Source of the DNA: Bipalium vagum
Taxonomy: Eukaryota
Length of the DNA stretch: 34,986 nt
Assembly (NCBI GenBank): GCA_037834085.1
Contig: JBBMKC010212813.1
Coordinates: forward strand, 1 to 34,986
Direction: 5' to 3'
The translations under genes and the position numbers were made by a program. Positions 11,957 to 24,812 of the stretch are shown piece after piece; the first letter of the stretch is position 1, and every line of letters begins with the position of its first letter. The notes below the pieces were generated by a model, which worked only from the letters and a program-made list of their open reading frames with translations, did no database searches and had not been told where the DNA came from.

Positions 11957-12026
11957 AGCCAATCGCAATCAACCAATAATAATTAAATAAAATACTATAT
12001 ATAACTATTTACAAAATATATCATTA
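11957..12026 (+). promoter_or_regulatory. Putative core promoter of the mex3-like gene (two CCAAT boxes, TATA, Inr)
   Basis: AGCCAATCG (CCAAT 11959-11963, NF-Y consensus), AACCAAT (CCAAT 11973-11977), TATATATAA (11996-12004) and Inr-like TCATT (12021-12025), whose A lies ~27 nt after the TATA start and ~34 nt before the ATG. Confidence 0.55.
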
Positions 12027-12056
12027 TTTTTTCTACTACTAGCTGGTAAGAAAATT

Positions 12057-12432
12057 ATGCCTACCGACATTATGAAAGAAACAGACAGAATTAGATATCC
12101 CAATTCAATTGTTGATGGTTTGAATCAAAAAATTATCGAAATCAAAAGTATTTGGCAGGAAAGTAACAGTGAATATGATAAAAAATTCTCCGAATTATCA
12201 TATCCTGAATACATTCAAGAAGCCAAAGTCGATGGATTTATAGTTGGATTGGAATTAGAGAACGTTAAAGCCAAATCTCGTCGGTCTTTGATGCAACAAA
12301 TGTCTAATCATATATCAATAAATTTCCAATCTTTATATGGAAAGGAAAATAATGGAGTTCGTCAGAATTATTTTCAAATCGGAGTTCGAGTTCCAACAAA
12401 AGAGCATGTGTCAGAAATTGTGGGTAAACAAG
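12057..12432 (+). CDS. mex3: MEX-3-like KH RNA-binding protein, coding exon 1 (N-terminus and first half of KH1)
   Basis: The ORF ends VRVPTKEHVSEIVGKQG, matching the MEX-3 KH1 signature VPSSEHVAEIVGRQG. Donor CAAG|GTAATA at 12433 is phase 1. The start ATG is assumed; the frame is also open a short way upstream. Confidence 0.9.
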
Positions 12433-15400
12433 GTAATATGTATATTAGTTTAAGAAAAGAGATTGTTACAAAATTTGATAACTTTACAAACAAAGCCTGA
12501 TCAGAAATCATACACCATTTTACAACGAAGTTTCGCACAAATTCGGTAAATATACACGTTCTCATACATACCGACACAAAAGATATGCATACATCACAAC
12601 ACACACCAATCTGTAGATGCACACATACAAGGGTACATGTTTAATTAGAGTGAGAAAAATACCGAGTCTAATAAACTGAATTAATTTTTTTACATACGCT
12701 TTGGTATTGCAAATATTGACGTCATCATACTGTCATGACGTTTCTGTGGCTGATGATGATCATTTTTCAAGTAGTGCCTCGATTTTATCATTAATCAATA
12801 ACCATTTGAACAGCGCTTTTTCAAAGTTATCGACAATTGTTTTACTTTCATTTTTCTCTGTCATGTTTCGTTTGAACTGTTTTTTTCCGATATTAATTAT
12901 TAGATCCCATCTCACGTTAAATAAATTCATTTTGATTTTTGCACTTTTATTGTAAAGGGTCTTCCACTATTTTCTCTTTCCCAATATTTCGGTTTTTCAT
13001 AAAGTTATGTTTTATTTCTATTAAATTATAATTGGTCGTAGAGCAAGATTTTTGACAAAGTCCTCATTTTGGACGAAATTTGTCAATTTAAAATTTATTG
13101 GATATTCCCAGATTTATTCTATTTTGGTTTTATTCTGTAAATGGAACTCGGAATAAATTTATTCAATTGATAATTAAATTTCATTTTTGTCTTATGATAT
13201 CTAAATGGATTTATTTTAATGGCATAATTTTCGAAATTCACCGTTTCTACAAGTTTCTGTCAATTATATCATTTCTGAGCTCAATACGATTTAATGAAAC
13301 CGTTTTTAATGGTAGAGAAAGATTATTTTCTATAATTTGAATTATATTAATTGAATTCCACAAGTCTAATACAGTGAGAAATTCCTAGAGAAGCTATAGG
13401 ATGCAAGCTGTTATTATTTTTTTTCGTTTTTGTGTTCCTGTTAATATTTAAAAACCTTTTTAATTAAAATTTCAGGTAAAGAATATTTAATTAACTTAGA
13501 GAATTTATTCTTCGTTTCCACGCAAAAATTTCAACGGGAAAATGTTCTGCCAGTTTAAAAAATATATATTTAATAAATTGTTATAATATTATTTTTGTTT
13601 TAATTAATTCAAATTGTTTATTTGTTTTAATTAACTCTAACTTTTTAAAAAATAATTTCTTTTCTTTTTACAAATTTATCTTTCTGAATCAAATTTAAAA
13701 CAAAGTCATATTATTTCATTGGAAAATGAAATTTTAATGAAAATAATTATTATGAAAAAAAATGTAAGATATCTGATATTCGAATATGTAGATCAACATG
13801 ACATTGGATCTTGTGATTGATAATTAATTTGAATTTGAAAATTCTTCAAAAATATATTTTCTTCATTTTCTTTTGTAAATCAATATTTGCGTATCAAAAT
13901 GGTTTCGGGCAAGAATGATGCATAACATTTTCTCCAATGTTAAAAAATTATTTCGTCCATTTATAAAAATAGCCCGATTTTTTATTCTACTTAATAGAAA
14001 AATATTAAAATTATTTGCGAATATTTTTGGAAAAATTATTAGTTTTATTTTCTGCCAACAGTTTCTCACAAAATCCGATCAATTTATGAAATTTATATAA
14101 TGATCATCTAAGAATTTCTGTCAATATATTTTGAGAGGCATCTTGTATAGCCTGTCACTTTAATAAATTTATAGTGATAAATTGCAGAGTACATTATAAA
14201 ATTAAACAAAAATTTAAGTGATATTTTAATTATTTTAATTGATAATTGTGCATTAAAGTATTCAATTAAATGATTCGTAGAAAAATATGATATATGTATA
14301 TATGTATGTGATAATAAAAAAAGCATCAATTCTCAAATAAGGATATAGTATATTTATTTATACATGTTTTAATGATTTATAAAGCCCTGTGGAATAAAAT
14401 GAATATTTAATTCTTTAGAATGGTAGTGTTAGAAAATCAATTTTGCCCAACTATGGATTAAAAAGTAATTATAACATATTTTATGTGCCACACATTTTAA
14501 ACCGAATTACTGTCCAAACAACATTTATAAGAGAAAATAGACAATATTTATAAATAATTTCTTTAAAATCAATAATTATGAGTTAGAAAAAATTATTTTA
14601 TTATATATTTACAATTTTAATAAATGAGTGAGACATTTCAAAGGAATTAAATAAATAATTTTTTCTTTTATTTAGAGTTAATTTCTTTATAAATCTTCTC
14701 CTTTATTATGTATTATTAAGTGATAGCTGATAGGTTCACAATTAATTAAAAATTAATTTTAAAGATTTTTTATCTAAAATGAAGAATTATATTTTTAAAA
14801 AAATATATCTATGATAATCAAAAGAAATATTAATTGGTTACTTTTTCAGAGAAAATTCATTAAACTGAAGTGTCATTATCTTCATAATTTATAATATAAT
14901 GATTGTTATGTCAACTATTAGTATCGTAATACTGTTGATAAGTGATTTTCTTTATTATGTTTTTAAGGAAAGCTAGTTTCACGTCAAAAAATAAAATTTG
15001 AAAAAAAATAATTAAAATTTTAAAAAACATTTAAATTGAGTTGGTATTTTAATATATTTAGTGTACGTTTAGAACAAGTTAACATTCTGAGTATATTCAA
15101 GAAAAAACTAAATGTAAGAAATGTAACGGAAGCCAAGTACATTATAAAGAGTTATTATTATTTAACTGAATAGAGATGAGGAAAACAAAGTAAATATACA
15201 GTAACATAAAGTGTTTATTGCTTAATTGTAAATATTTTTTGTAAATAAATACTGTGAATTGAGTGTGTTCCATATACGTTTGGTGAATATTTATTTCCTG
15301 ATTGTGTTTAAATAAATAATACTTTTGTGAATAAAAAACCTTTTAATGATTATCAATAAATCTTTCTCAACATTTGTGATTTATAAAGTTTGAGGAGATA

Positions 15401-16661
15401 TTGATAATTTTGACTGATATGTACCAACAAGTACAAGTGTCTAGTTTTTACTAAAATAATCGAAATTTGGATTTACTTTATTTAGGTTAAATCCTACAAT
15501 AATATTTATGAGAACTTTATAACTTAATACAAACGGTAAATTGATTTTGACGATGTTTTTCGTATTTTAACATAAACTACTAATATTATTATTTATATTA
15601 TTATTAATAATAATATATGGTATTAAAAAAATTTTTTAATATTACTATTTCAATCAATTAATGTAGTTTAAAATGTGATACTTAAGCAATATGATGATAA
15701 TATATAATAAATTTATTCAGTGCACATTTATTGACCACCGTGGATAAGATAATTTCTTATTTTAATTTTTCTTGAGATAGTTCAAAGTTGTCTGGTAAAT
15801 GAAATGAAAGTCTAGTCTTAAAGAATTTTTATAATTTTGAACACAATACCTTTTTGACATGATATTTATTAAATTAAATAGAAATAAACAAGTTACCTTT
15901 AAATGTAAAATATAATCGAAAATTGACATTAAAAAATATAAATCAATAATATTTATTATATTTCCACAACATTGATATTTTTGATATATTTACTTTGGTT
16001 CGCTATTGATTTTTATAAACACTTGAATTATTTACTTATATAATCAAAAACATTTTATAATATAAGTAAAACTCTAAATTTCTTTTAAAATCAAACACTT
16101 AATAACAATTTCTGCAATCTAATTTTTAATATTTCTCCAAATATAATAATATATAAAATCTATTTTTGGATAAAATGCTAAGTGTAAATTACATTTTACT
16201 AATTTTTTCATTGATATCTTAAGAACTACATTTTTTAGAAAAATTTATGATTAAATAAATAAAAATAAAATCCATAATGTATTTTGTATGATACCAATTA
16301 GTGAATGCAAAAGGAAATGGAAGTAATGCATTATAGATAGAACTTGTTCAATATTAAAATCGTAGGTTTCTTATTAATAAAACAGATGTACACAAATCAG
16401 GTATGAAGGTCATTAAATGATAGATAAACATTGATTTATTCAGTAATGTGAACTAAATTAATAGTGTATTGTGCTTATACAAATACAAATACTATTATTC
16501 TGTTTCACATATAATAAAAGTTTTAATAATTGTTTATGCATGCGGTTTTAGTTAGCATTTGAAATTTTTCAGTTCAATTAAAGTTATAAACATTTAAAGT
16601 TGTCTCTTTTCACTATAGTTATATTTAAGATGATCTCTTCATTAAATTTGTTGTAATATTA

Positions 16662-17822
16662 TCAGGTTGTCCCACGTGAAATGACGTATTTTAGTTTTAT
16701 TTTTTAAAAGATTTGTTAATCAATCGATTTTTTTTATAATAAATGTTTTAATATATCAAGTTGAAGTGCCATTTTCGCTTTTTCATATAATTCTAATTCA
16801 GCAGTTTAATCTAAAATTACACGTTATGTCGGATAACATATTCCAATTGGCCTTCTGTATAAATTCCATCTTCTTTATAATGCATCAGATACAACTAGAC
16901 ATTAATTTCGCATGGGATTATGGTTCTGTAAGCAAAAGATCAACACAATGATATCTTCAGAAATTGGTAACTCCAGCATTGGAAATGATAACCTCGGAAG
17001 ACCGGCTATTACCTTTAGTAATGACCATTTGAAGCAGTAGTTAAAAGCATTTACGGGAAAATAAATTAGAGAAATAGCCGAAGAATTGAGTGTTACTAAG
17101 TCAACCATTTCCGGGTATCTTCAAGAACTTGATAAAGTTAAAGTACTCGATAAATGGATACCTTTTCAATTAAATTATAAGTAAGAACATAAAGAGATTC
17201 GAAATGTGTTCTTCTTTGATTATACGGAACCGAAATGATACATTTTTATCTCTAATGGTAACCTGTGACAAGAGGGGGTCTTATATGACAATTGGCAAAG
17301 ATCAGCACAGCAGCTGGATGCGGATGAAAAACTGAAATATGTGCAAAGCAAACCCTTCATCGAAAACAGACTATTTGGTTTCCTGCAACTGAATTAATTC
17401 CATATAACTGTTTAACATCTGATGAATCTATCACAGCTCAGTCACAATAAAACGAAATTCAAGTCGTTCACTGGCATTTGTTAATAGAAATGGACCAATT
17501 TTACTCCAAGATAATGCAAAACCACTGTTTCGAGATTGAAAGCACAAAATTTATAATAGAACCACGCATCTCTCACTATCGAATTATCATATGTTCAAAC
17601 ATTGGTACATTTCTGATCAAGTAGGTGTTTCGGAATCAAGATGACGTTCAACATGTTATTCTTCAGTTTTTTGACTCAATAATCCTGATTTCTATGAAAA
17701 TGAAATTTTTGATTTATTATCTCGATTGAGAAGTGCATCGAAAACAATGGAAAATTTTTTGATAAATAAAATTTGTTTCAAAAATACTGTTGATTTCGCA
17801 TAGTTACATTCTGAAAACCGTA
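16662..17822 (+). mobile_element. Decayed mariner (DD34D) element in intron 1
   Basis: TA-TCAGGTTGTCCCACGTGAAATG left TIR. Motifs: IREIAEELSVTKSTISGYLQELDKVKVLDKWIPFQL (HTH plus WVPHEL-like), RFEMCSSL, MVTCDK..LYDN and GPILLQDNAKP. The right TIR is eroded, so the right end is approximate. Confidence 0.88.
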
Positions 17823-18599
17823 AGATTGTATTGTTATATTGGATATATTATGTTTCTTCACACTCCTATAAAAGTTCTAAACTGGTATACATTATTTTTA
17901 AATGAAAAATGTGTTCATTATTTCAAAAAAAAACATTATTATGTATTTTGTCATTATATGCATATAAAAAATAGTAAAAATGTTTTTTTAATATGCATGT
18001 TTGTGTTATACATGAATTTATTTATTTCCACATTCTTGTTAGTTTCTGCATTCTTAGGTTGTATTTAATAAGCGTTGCTTTGTGCAAAAATTACTACACA
18101 AATTAAATTTATTAACTGATATAAAATTTTATGCGTTATTCTTTACGATTAGATTAGTTCTGAAAATATTTTCTTGTGTTATTGTTATAAATAATATAAA
18201 ATAATAATAAGTAACATAAATAAACATTGTGCTATTTATTATTATATATTATTATTCAATAAGTATTTAGATCAATGATTAAAAAAGTTTCAAATTACGC
18301 AGAATAGACCTTTATTGTTAGTTCAAAATAATAAAATCTGTGAGATAAAATAAATTCCAAAAAAAATTTAAACGCTTTATTGATTTAATTTGAATTTTAA
18401 GAAATTTTTGACCAATAAAATCAAATTTGTCTATTGATATTCTTAAGGACTTTATAGACAAATTTTAAAGTTAAGTCGTATTTATTTTTTTCTCTGGATG
18501 ATAAGAACCTTAAATTGTATTGAATTATAATCATTGATAATTAACAAAGTAGTGGAGAGTTTTTGGGTATTTATATTTATTAAATATTTTAACTATTTA

Positions 18600-19750
18600 T
18601 TTGAGATCAAGTACACTATTGTCAACAACCTTGTCTTACTTTTACATATCATACATTGTTTTTCAAATAAATCTATTCATTATCTGTCATTCTATCATTT
18701 GGTTTTTGGGTTTTCCAACTTGAATATCCACTTTTCATAATCTTCTTTTAAATAATTTCATCTTTTCTTACAATTGCGTTTAGGTTATTTACCTTTCCTC
18801 ATTATGTCCTATTAACAGATATTTCTTTCGGTTTTTACCATTAGAGGATCTTATATTTTATTTTGCCTATCACCATTGTCCTGATTTCCTGAAATATTCT
18901 TGGTACTGCTCCGTTGTCAAACTGTACTCTATTAAAACAATATTTTTCATCTTTGTTTAAAATGCAGTCTTCCCTCAATCTTTACACAATTCTAATTTTT
19001 AATTTGCATAACAAAAATCTATTGAACTAAAATAATGTGCTCCACATAATGTATCCAAAATGTCATCTACATCTAGCATAGGAAAAAGTTGTTCTTTATT
19101 GACTATAATAAATCTTCTTAAATCTGAGCATCTTTCTTTTCTCCAAGCACATATTAATGAGATGTTCAAAGTATATTGTTATCATGTAGATTCTTTATAA
19201 TTTCGTTATTTTTTCTAAGTTCATTTTCTGTCTAAAAGGTTTCAAATTAATAAGCTCACATTCTTTCTTTATTGTATGTTTTAATGTCTGTACACTATAT
19301 TTCCGATTCTTGAGGTAAAATTTCATCTCTGTGATCCTTTTTAACATTTTCAATATTCTTTTCACGCAAGTTTCTTTCCGTGCCATTCTCCTAAATCTTG
19401 GTTCAATGTTACAAATTTTACCACAAAAAACTTAATTTTGTGTGTATCTTGAAACTCTAAAAATCTTCATGTGACCTATCAATTTCAACGCTCTATCGAT
19501 ACAAACTTTAATTATTTTGTCTTTATCGATAGCTATATTTATTATCTCTAGTAAGTGAATGTTTACATCTCAATCCATCACAATATTACTGATAATATCT
19601 GTCAATCTCTAAACAATTTTTCAAATAATTATATTTTATCCTTATACTTGTAACTTAACACTGTCGTGTCATTTCGTTTCTTTCAGACAGTTTCTTTCAT
19701 TTCTTGTAAACGATGACACTTGATTATACTATTTAATTTCACAATTTTTT
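18600..19750 (-). mobile_element. Ty3/Gypsy LTR retrotransposon pol remnant in intron 1
   Basis: Minus-strand RT motifs FPMLDVDDILDTLCGAHYFSSIDF (~19015-19085), KTAF and KYCFNRVQFDNGAVPRIFQE (~18880-18945). A CMIC integrase-like motif lies near 18640. Heavily deleted; no LTR pair found. Confidence 0.78.
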
Positions 19751-21141
19751 TTAAAATTTTCAGAGTTCCACCGTTTATCTTTTTCTTTCCGAACTTCCAA
19801 ACAATTTAATATTGCACGGCAGAATTTTCAATTCTTTAGTTTTTAAATTTATTGATTTAATTATAAAATACAATTTAATTAAAAATCTATATTATTGTAT
19901 TTCATATTATAATATTTTAAATGAAAAATTTTTTAATTTTACTTAACTCTTAAAAAAATTTTTTATAAATATTTTGAATTTTATATTATAATTAAAAATT
20001 TTTAAATAAAAGATTTTAAAACTAAAATTTTCTTAAAATATTTATAACGAATTATAATATAATGATTCAATCATTTTTCATTTCAATTTTTGAAGCATAC
20101 AATAAGGATGAAGACAAATTAAGAATCATTTCATGTTCACAAATTTTAAAGAAAAATTGTTCTCGATTTTCTGAGTTTCTCCAGAACTATGTGAAAGTTG
20201 AAAAAATTGAAAGAAATTAGCATAAAGAATTGATATCAAGTTAATTTAATGTTATCAAATTTGATTAGATAAAATTAATGCTTGATCATTGTCAATAATG
20301 TTAAAATAATATATTACTTTATATTATTATTATTAATAATAATTTTAAATTGTTTTTTATTATAATTTTCATAAAGAAATTTCAAAAATTATCAATAATT
20401 TACTCAGATTTGGAATATGTTTTCCTGGATAAATTATAATAATTATTTATAATTTTAAAATTTTCTGAGCAGTAAGTTGAGATTTTATTAATCTGAATAG
20501 CTTATATTATTCTACAAAGAGATAAAATCAATTTCGAATGTTATTTGTCATATAGAAACAGCAAAATCAGAAGTCTATTTTTTTATTAAAAGTATTAGAG
20601 TTGAACAGGAAAAGTTCCTGGTTATTTATAGTCACTAGAATTTTAGCAGAGTTCAAAATCTATTTTAATATTCATTTTTGAGTCTATAAAAATGCAATTT
20701 TTCAAAATAGTCATTAAAGAAAACATTAATCATTCATTGATTTTTACTTTATTTTATGAATCCTTACTCTAGTTTCAAATTTTTAATTGGTAATGATTCG
20801 CAGATTTTTCTCCCCTCGTCATTATCAAATTTGCTCATTACAACTCTAGATTCATTTTCATTGTCATTTTTTACTGTTTTGGGAATGTTCACTATTTCGA
20901 ATTTTGAGATAACTTTGTGTCGCCCCTATTTATGAATGACTACATTCATGATTTAATTTTAATCTTTCATAATTGCCTGGATTTTATATAAAAATATCAA
21001 AATTGTTGATGGTACTTATTTTTAAAGAAATAAAAAATAATTTGATTTTATTGAATTTTAAAATATTTTAATTCAATTTATTATATTAATGAGAACAGTG
21101 TTTTTAATAATCAATAAATTCACAGTTATTAAAAAATATAT

Positions 21142-21161
21142 TATATATATATATATATATA
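21142..21161. repeat. (TA)n microsatellite
   Basis: About 10 consecutive TA units. Confidence 0.85.
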
Positions 21162-21399
21162 ATATAAAAAGAATAATGTGAATCAAAAGTATAATACATT
21201 GACATACATCTTTTGGAAAATCATAAAAATGAGCTAAATAGAGTTCAGATAATATTTTTTTATTTTTAATGAAATATTATTGAATTATAAATAATATTTT
21301 ATAAGTACACGAGTCTGACCTACCAACATTTTTTTTATTTATTATATAAGCTCCAGTTTTCCTTGTTTAATTCACTTCTTAATTTATCCGTAACTAACA

Positions 21400-21700
21400 A
21401 ATATGACATGTTTCGGTCGTATTGATATCAGCCTTTTCTTTTCACCTTGTATCAAAAAGTAAGAAACTCGTAGACTTTGTTAAAAGTCGATATAAATGAA
21501 CTAAAACGTATTAAAATTTCCAATTTTCCAAATGGGAAATGACTTTATTGAACGATATTCCAATCTGAAATCATTTTTCACATTCCATGTCAAAAAGTCT
21601 CATCAATAGATTTCAGGAAGTTACTTATTCTTTCTATAATTGTTTTCGTTTTCCATTTACACTTTAGTCAATAGGCATTGATAGATTTAATTCGCCTTTT
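21400..21700 (-). mobile_element. Probable Penelope-like element remnant with a degenerate minimal hammerhead ribozyme motif
   Basis: Minus strand 21431-21405 reads CTGATATCAATACGAC-CGAAAC-AT-GTC, the minimal hammerhead layout CTGANGA..CGAAAC-NN-GTH with a damaged CTGANGA box. Upstream on the same strand is an SDWNIV motif, resembling the H.FDW...IL end of the Penelope GIY-YIG domain. Confidence 0.45.
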
Positions 21701-22765
21701 AAAAGATCAATTTTAAGTTCAATAAAAAATAACTATTTTATTTTTTAAGTGCTTTTCAAAATAAATTTAAAATTTAATCCATACCTCTTAAAATAAATAG
21801 GTTCTGTTATTCGTATTAATACAAACCTATCATTGTCATGGATATTCTTCAATTTTATTATTTTTTGAAAACCGGATTATTCAATTTGAAAAAAGGGACT
21901 TTTTGTTGTCTTTAATTACTTTTTTATAATTAATTAAACTCTTTTATCCTGGCACCTTTTTCTTTCAGGTGGGATTTCGGATTAGGAATTTTCCATTCTT
22001 CAAAAAGATTTTGCAATATTTTATTATTTTATAAATAAGTTATCATCATGAAATAATTTGTTTTGCCTTATTATTGTTACTATATAAATAATTTTCATTT
22101 ATTATTATTTTTATATCAATTAACTTAAGTTACACTAATTTATTATTTGTTGTGTATTAAAATAATTTCACAAAATTTTATGAATTTTTATTTTATATAA
22201 AAAAATATTTTAATGAGTTTTAAATTTCATTTGGAACAGAAAAAAATTCAACATATAAATAATTTTTTAATATTATATTGACATAGCTTACTTTTTGTCG
22301 TTAGGAGCTTTCATTAATCTATGAAATATTATTTATTTGTTGTAAGAATTAACAGCATGATAATTGGACAAAAATTATTGTCCATATCTTTAAAGAACCA
22401 GAATAAGAATTTTACATAATATCATTCTGTTTCGTAACCTCAATTTTGAGATAACATAAAAAGTGTAAATATAATAAATGAATATATATTATGAGAATTA
22501 GGAACAAGCAGCCACTTCAGTTAAGTTATTTCCTTAAAATGTATACATTTATATTTATAATTATTAAATAATAATTTATTTTAATAGAATTATTCTTATA
22601 GAAGCTCCTCATTTAAATATTTTATTAATAAATTTATTAACACATTGATGTATGATAGGAACTTGCAATTGCCATTTATGAGTTGAAGTAAAGTAGAGTT
22701 AAAATTGTGAATATATTTTACTTGAAATTATAAATGGTACCTTACTGATGTTGATTTTGTATATA

Positions 22766-23525
22766 AAGACTGTGTCGGAAAGTATGAAAACAACTTTTGC
22801 TCTTAATTTTGTTAGACTCCGCAATGTAAAATTGAAATATAGGTCAATACATATTACTTAAAGCAAATGAAGATATTCAAAAAATCTATTATTAAAAATC
22901 TTTATTATTGACTGAAATACGAGGAATTAAGCCTGATCAGACAAAAAAAGAATATTGGACATTTGGCGTAATGAATATCTAGAAGGGCAATTACGAAACG
23001 AAAAGAAGAAAGCAGTCTCCAATACAATAAGGAAATATAATCATGATTTATAATTTAAAGATAAGCCAAAAACGACCTCGAGGTTCAAGTAATTTTAAGC
23101 TAAATTCTACCACTACTAAAGAGGGAAGTCCATGAAATGGGGATGAGTGAAAACGGTGTGTAATTTGTAGAAAAACCCATTAATCCGCAAAATTGCCCTG
23201 AAATTAGACATAGAGAGAAAATTTGGTCAATTTTGAAAGCAAACTGCGGAAAGACTTTCAGCTATCGGGAACGATAGATCAGTTCAGAAAAGACTGGCTT
23301 AGATCATCTAAAAAGATCGGTAATAAAGTTTTCCAGACTTAATTGGTATTCTTCGATCTAAGGTCATAAAAATCAGCAAAGAAATCGAAATAGTGACCTA
23401 TTATTTTTTACATGCGTTACACTTTCAGTGTTAAGCTTACCTTGTATTAATATTTAAAGAATATATTTTGGTCTGTTTCGTTGTAATTCTAATCTTCTTG
23501 TGTATTCATACATTTCAATAGTCTT
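22766..23525 (+). mobile_element. Internally deleted DD37E-like element in intron 1
   Basis: TA-AAGACTGTGTCGGAAAGTATGAAAAC (22764-22791) is imperfectly inverted with GTATTCATACATTTCAATAGTCTT-TA (23502-23527). NGV*FVEKPINPQNCPEIRHREKIWS (~23152-23230) matches the ITmD37E NPPNCPxxRPIExxW motif. An N-terminal HTH remnant is joined directly to the C-terminus. Confidence 0.78.
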
Positions 23526-23710
23526 TATGATTTATTTATATTTTCAAATTTGTTTCATTGTCATTTTTAAGAGGTTAATGACTGTATTAAGCCCATCTAA
23601 CAATTTGTTTTTTCAGTTATTAATAAGAAAAATATTTTCGTTATATATATTAATAAATAAATAAAATTAAACTTAATAATAATAATAATTTATGGATTTC
23701 TTAAATGCAG

Positions 23711-23997
23711 GTTTGAAAATCAAGGAAATTCGAGAGAGAACTGGAGCGCTGATCATTACACCTGGTGAAAGTGAAGATCATGTGTTTATAATTGAAGCTC
23801 TACCCAGAATTGCGTTAGGTGTTGCCAAATTAATTAAAGAACGAGCAAATGAAATAACTTCAAATCGACAAAGGGAAAGTAATCCTAAGGGTTCTCTGCA
23901 CTTAAATATACCCAACAGATTTGGTTCTGCTAAGTCATACAGTACGATTTGCTCTTCAAGACCTATTTTAGCAACAGGAATGATTGAAGTTCCAAAG
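23711..23997 (+). CDS. mex3: MEX-3-like protein, coding exon 2 (rest of KH1, linker, start of KH2)
   Basis: Acceptor TGCAG| at 23710 is phase 1 and completes GKQG-LKIKEIRERTGALIITPGESEDHVFII (cf. GCKIKALRAKTNTYIKTP..EEPVF). The exon ends MIEVPK with donor AAG|GTGATT at 23998, phase 0. Confidence 0.9.
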
Positions 23998-24788
23998 GTG
24001 ATTGTTGTCTTTATTTTATTTTACCTATTCGCAACGATATATTATACGGTCATTATAATTAAAAAATCAGTTTTTTCCCAAAAATTAATTAATAAAAATT
24101 TAAAATATATTTTAGACTTGTCTTACAAAACGAATTCTGTTCAATTTTTATCAAAGAATTAATGGAATGGAATTATATATGATAGATACCCATTGTGACC
24201 AATAGTAATATTTTATTAAAAATTGATGTCCTTCGTAGTTTAGGTTTCATTTGAGGTAATATTAAATTTCCTAAATTTATCCAATGAACCAGTGTTAGGA
24301 GTAATTATTCGCACCTTTAGAAAACTGGCGAGTCAGCATTCGGTATTATAGAAATTCTTTGGAATTATTACTTATGTAAAATAGTTCTAAAGAGAACAAA
24401 TTCTGAGTATGTCATTCATTACATGTAATTATCATAAATCTGCTTCATTTTTCGAAGATTATTTATTATGAATGTGTCAATTATTTTAGTCCGTAGAATT
24501 GGTTACAGAAGTGGGATTAGAATTAGAACGACAATGACTGATACTATTGTTCAATTTGATTGATTTCACATTTATTAGGCCACAAGTCAAGTGATAAATA
24601 ATCTTTAGGTTTACTAAGGTCAAATTGTTGAATAATGAAACCACAGAGCTAATTAAGGTATAGGATTGACGAAACCAGAGACAATATTGATATAAATAAA
24701 TCATTTCATGAACACATCAAGTTGAAGTATCGCTATTTTATGAAAATGAAAAATTAACTCTTTTGAAAGTTCGTTTTTCAATGAGTTT

Positions 24789-24812
24789 GAGAGAGAGAGA
24801 CAGAGACAGAGA
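24789..24812. repeat. (GA)n/(GAGACA) microsatellite
   Basis: GAGAGAGAGAGACAGAGACAGAGA. Confidence 0.8.

Noticed and set aside
12374-12622. Cys-rich antisense ORF overlapping exon 1
   Set aside because: The Cys/Val richness comes from the TG-rich complement of the CA-rich tract. There is no zinc-finger spacing.
15113-15372. Possible solo LTR (TGTAAGAAA...TTTCTCAACA with AATAAA motifs)
   Set aside because: No target-site duplication, primer-binding site or second copy in the window.
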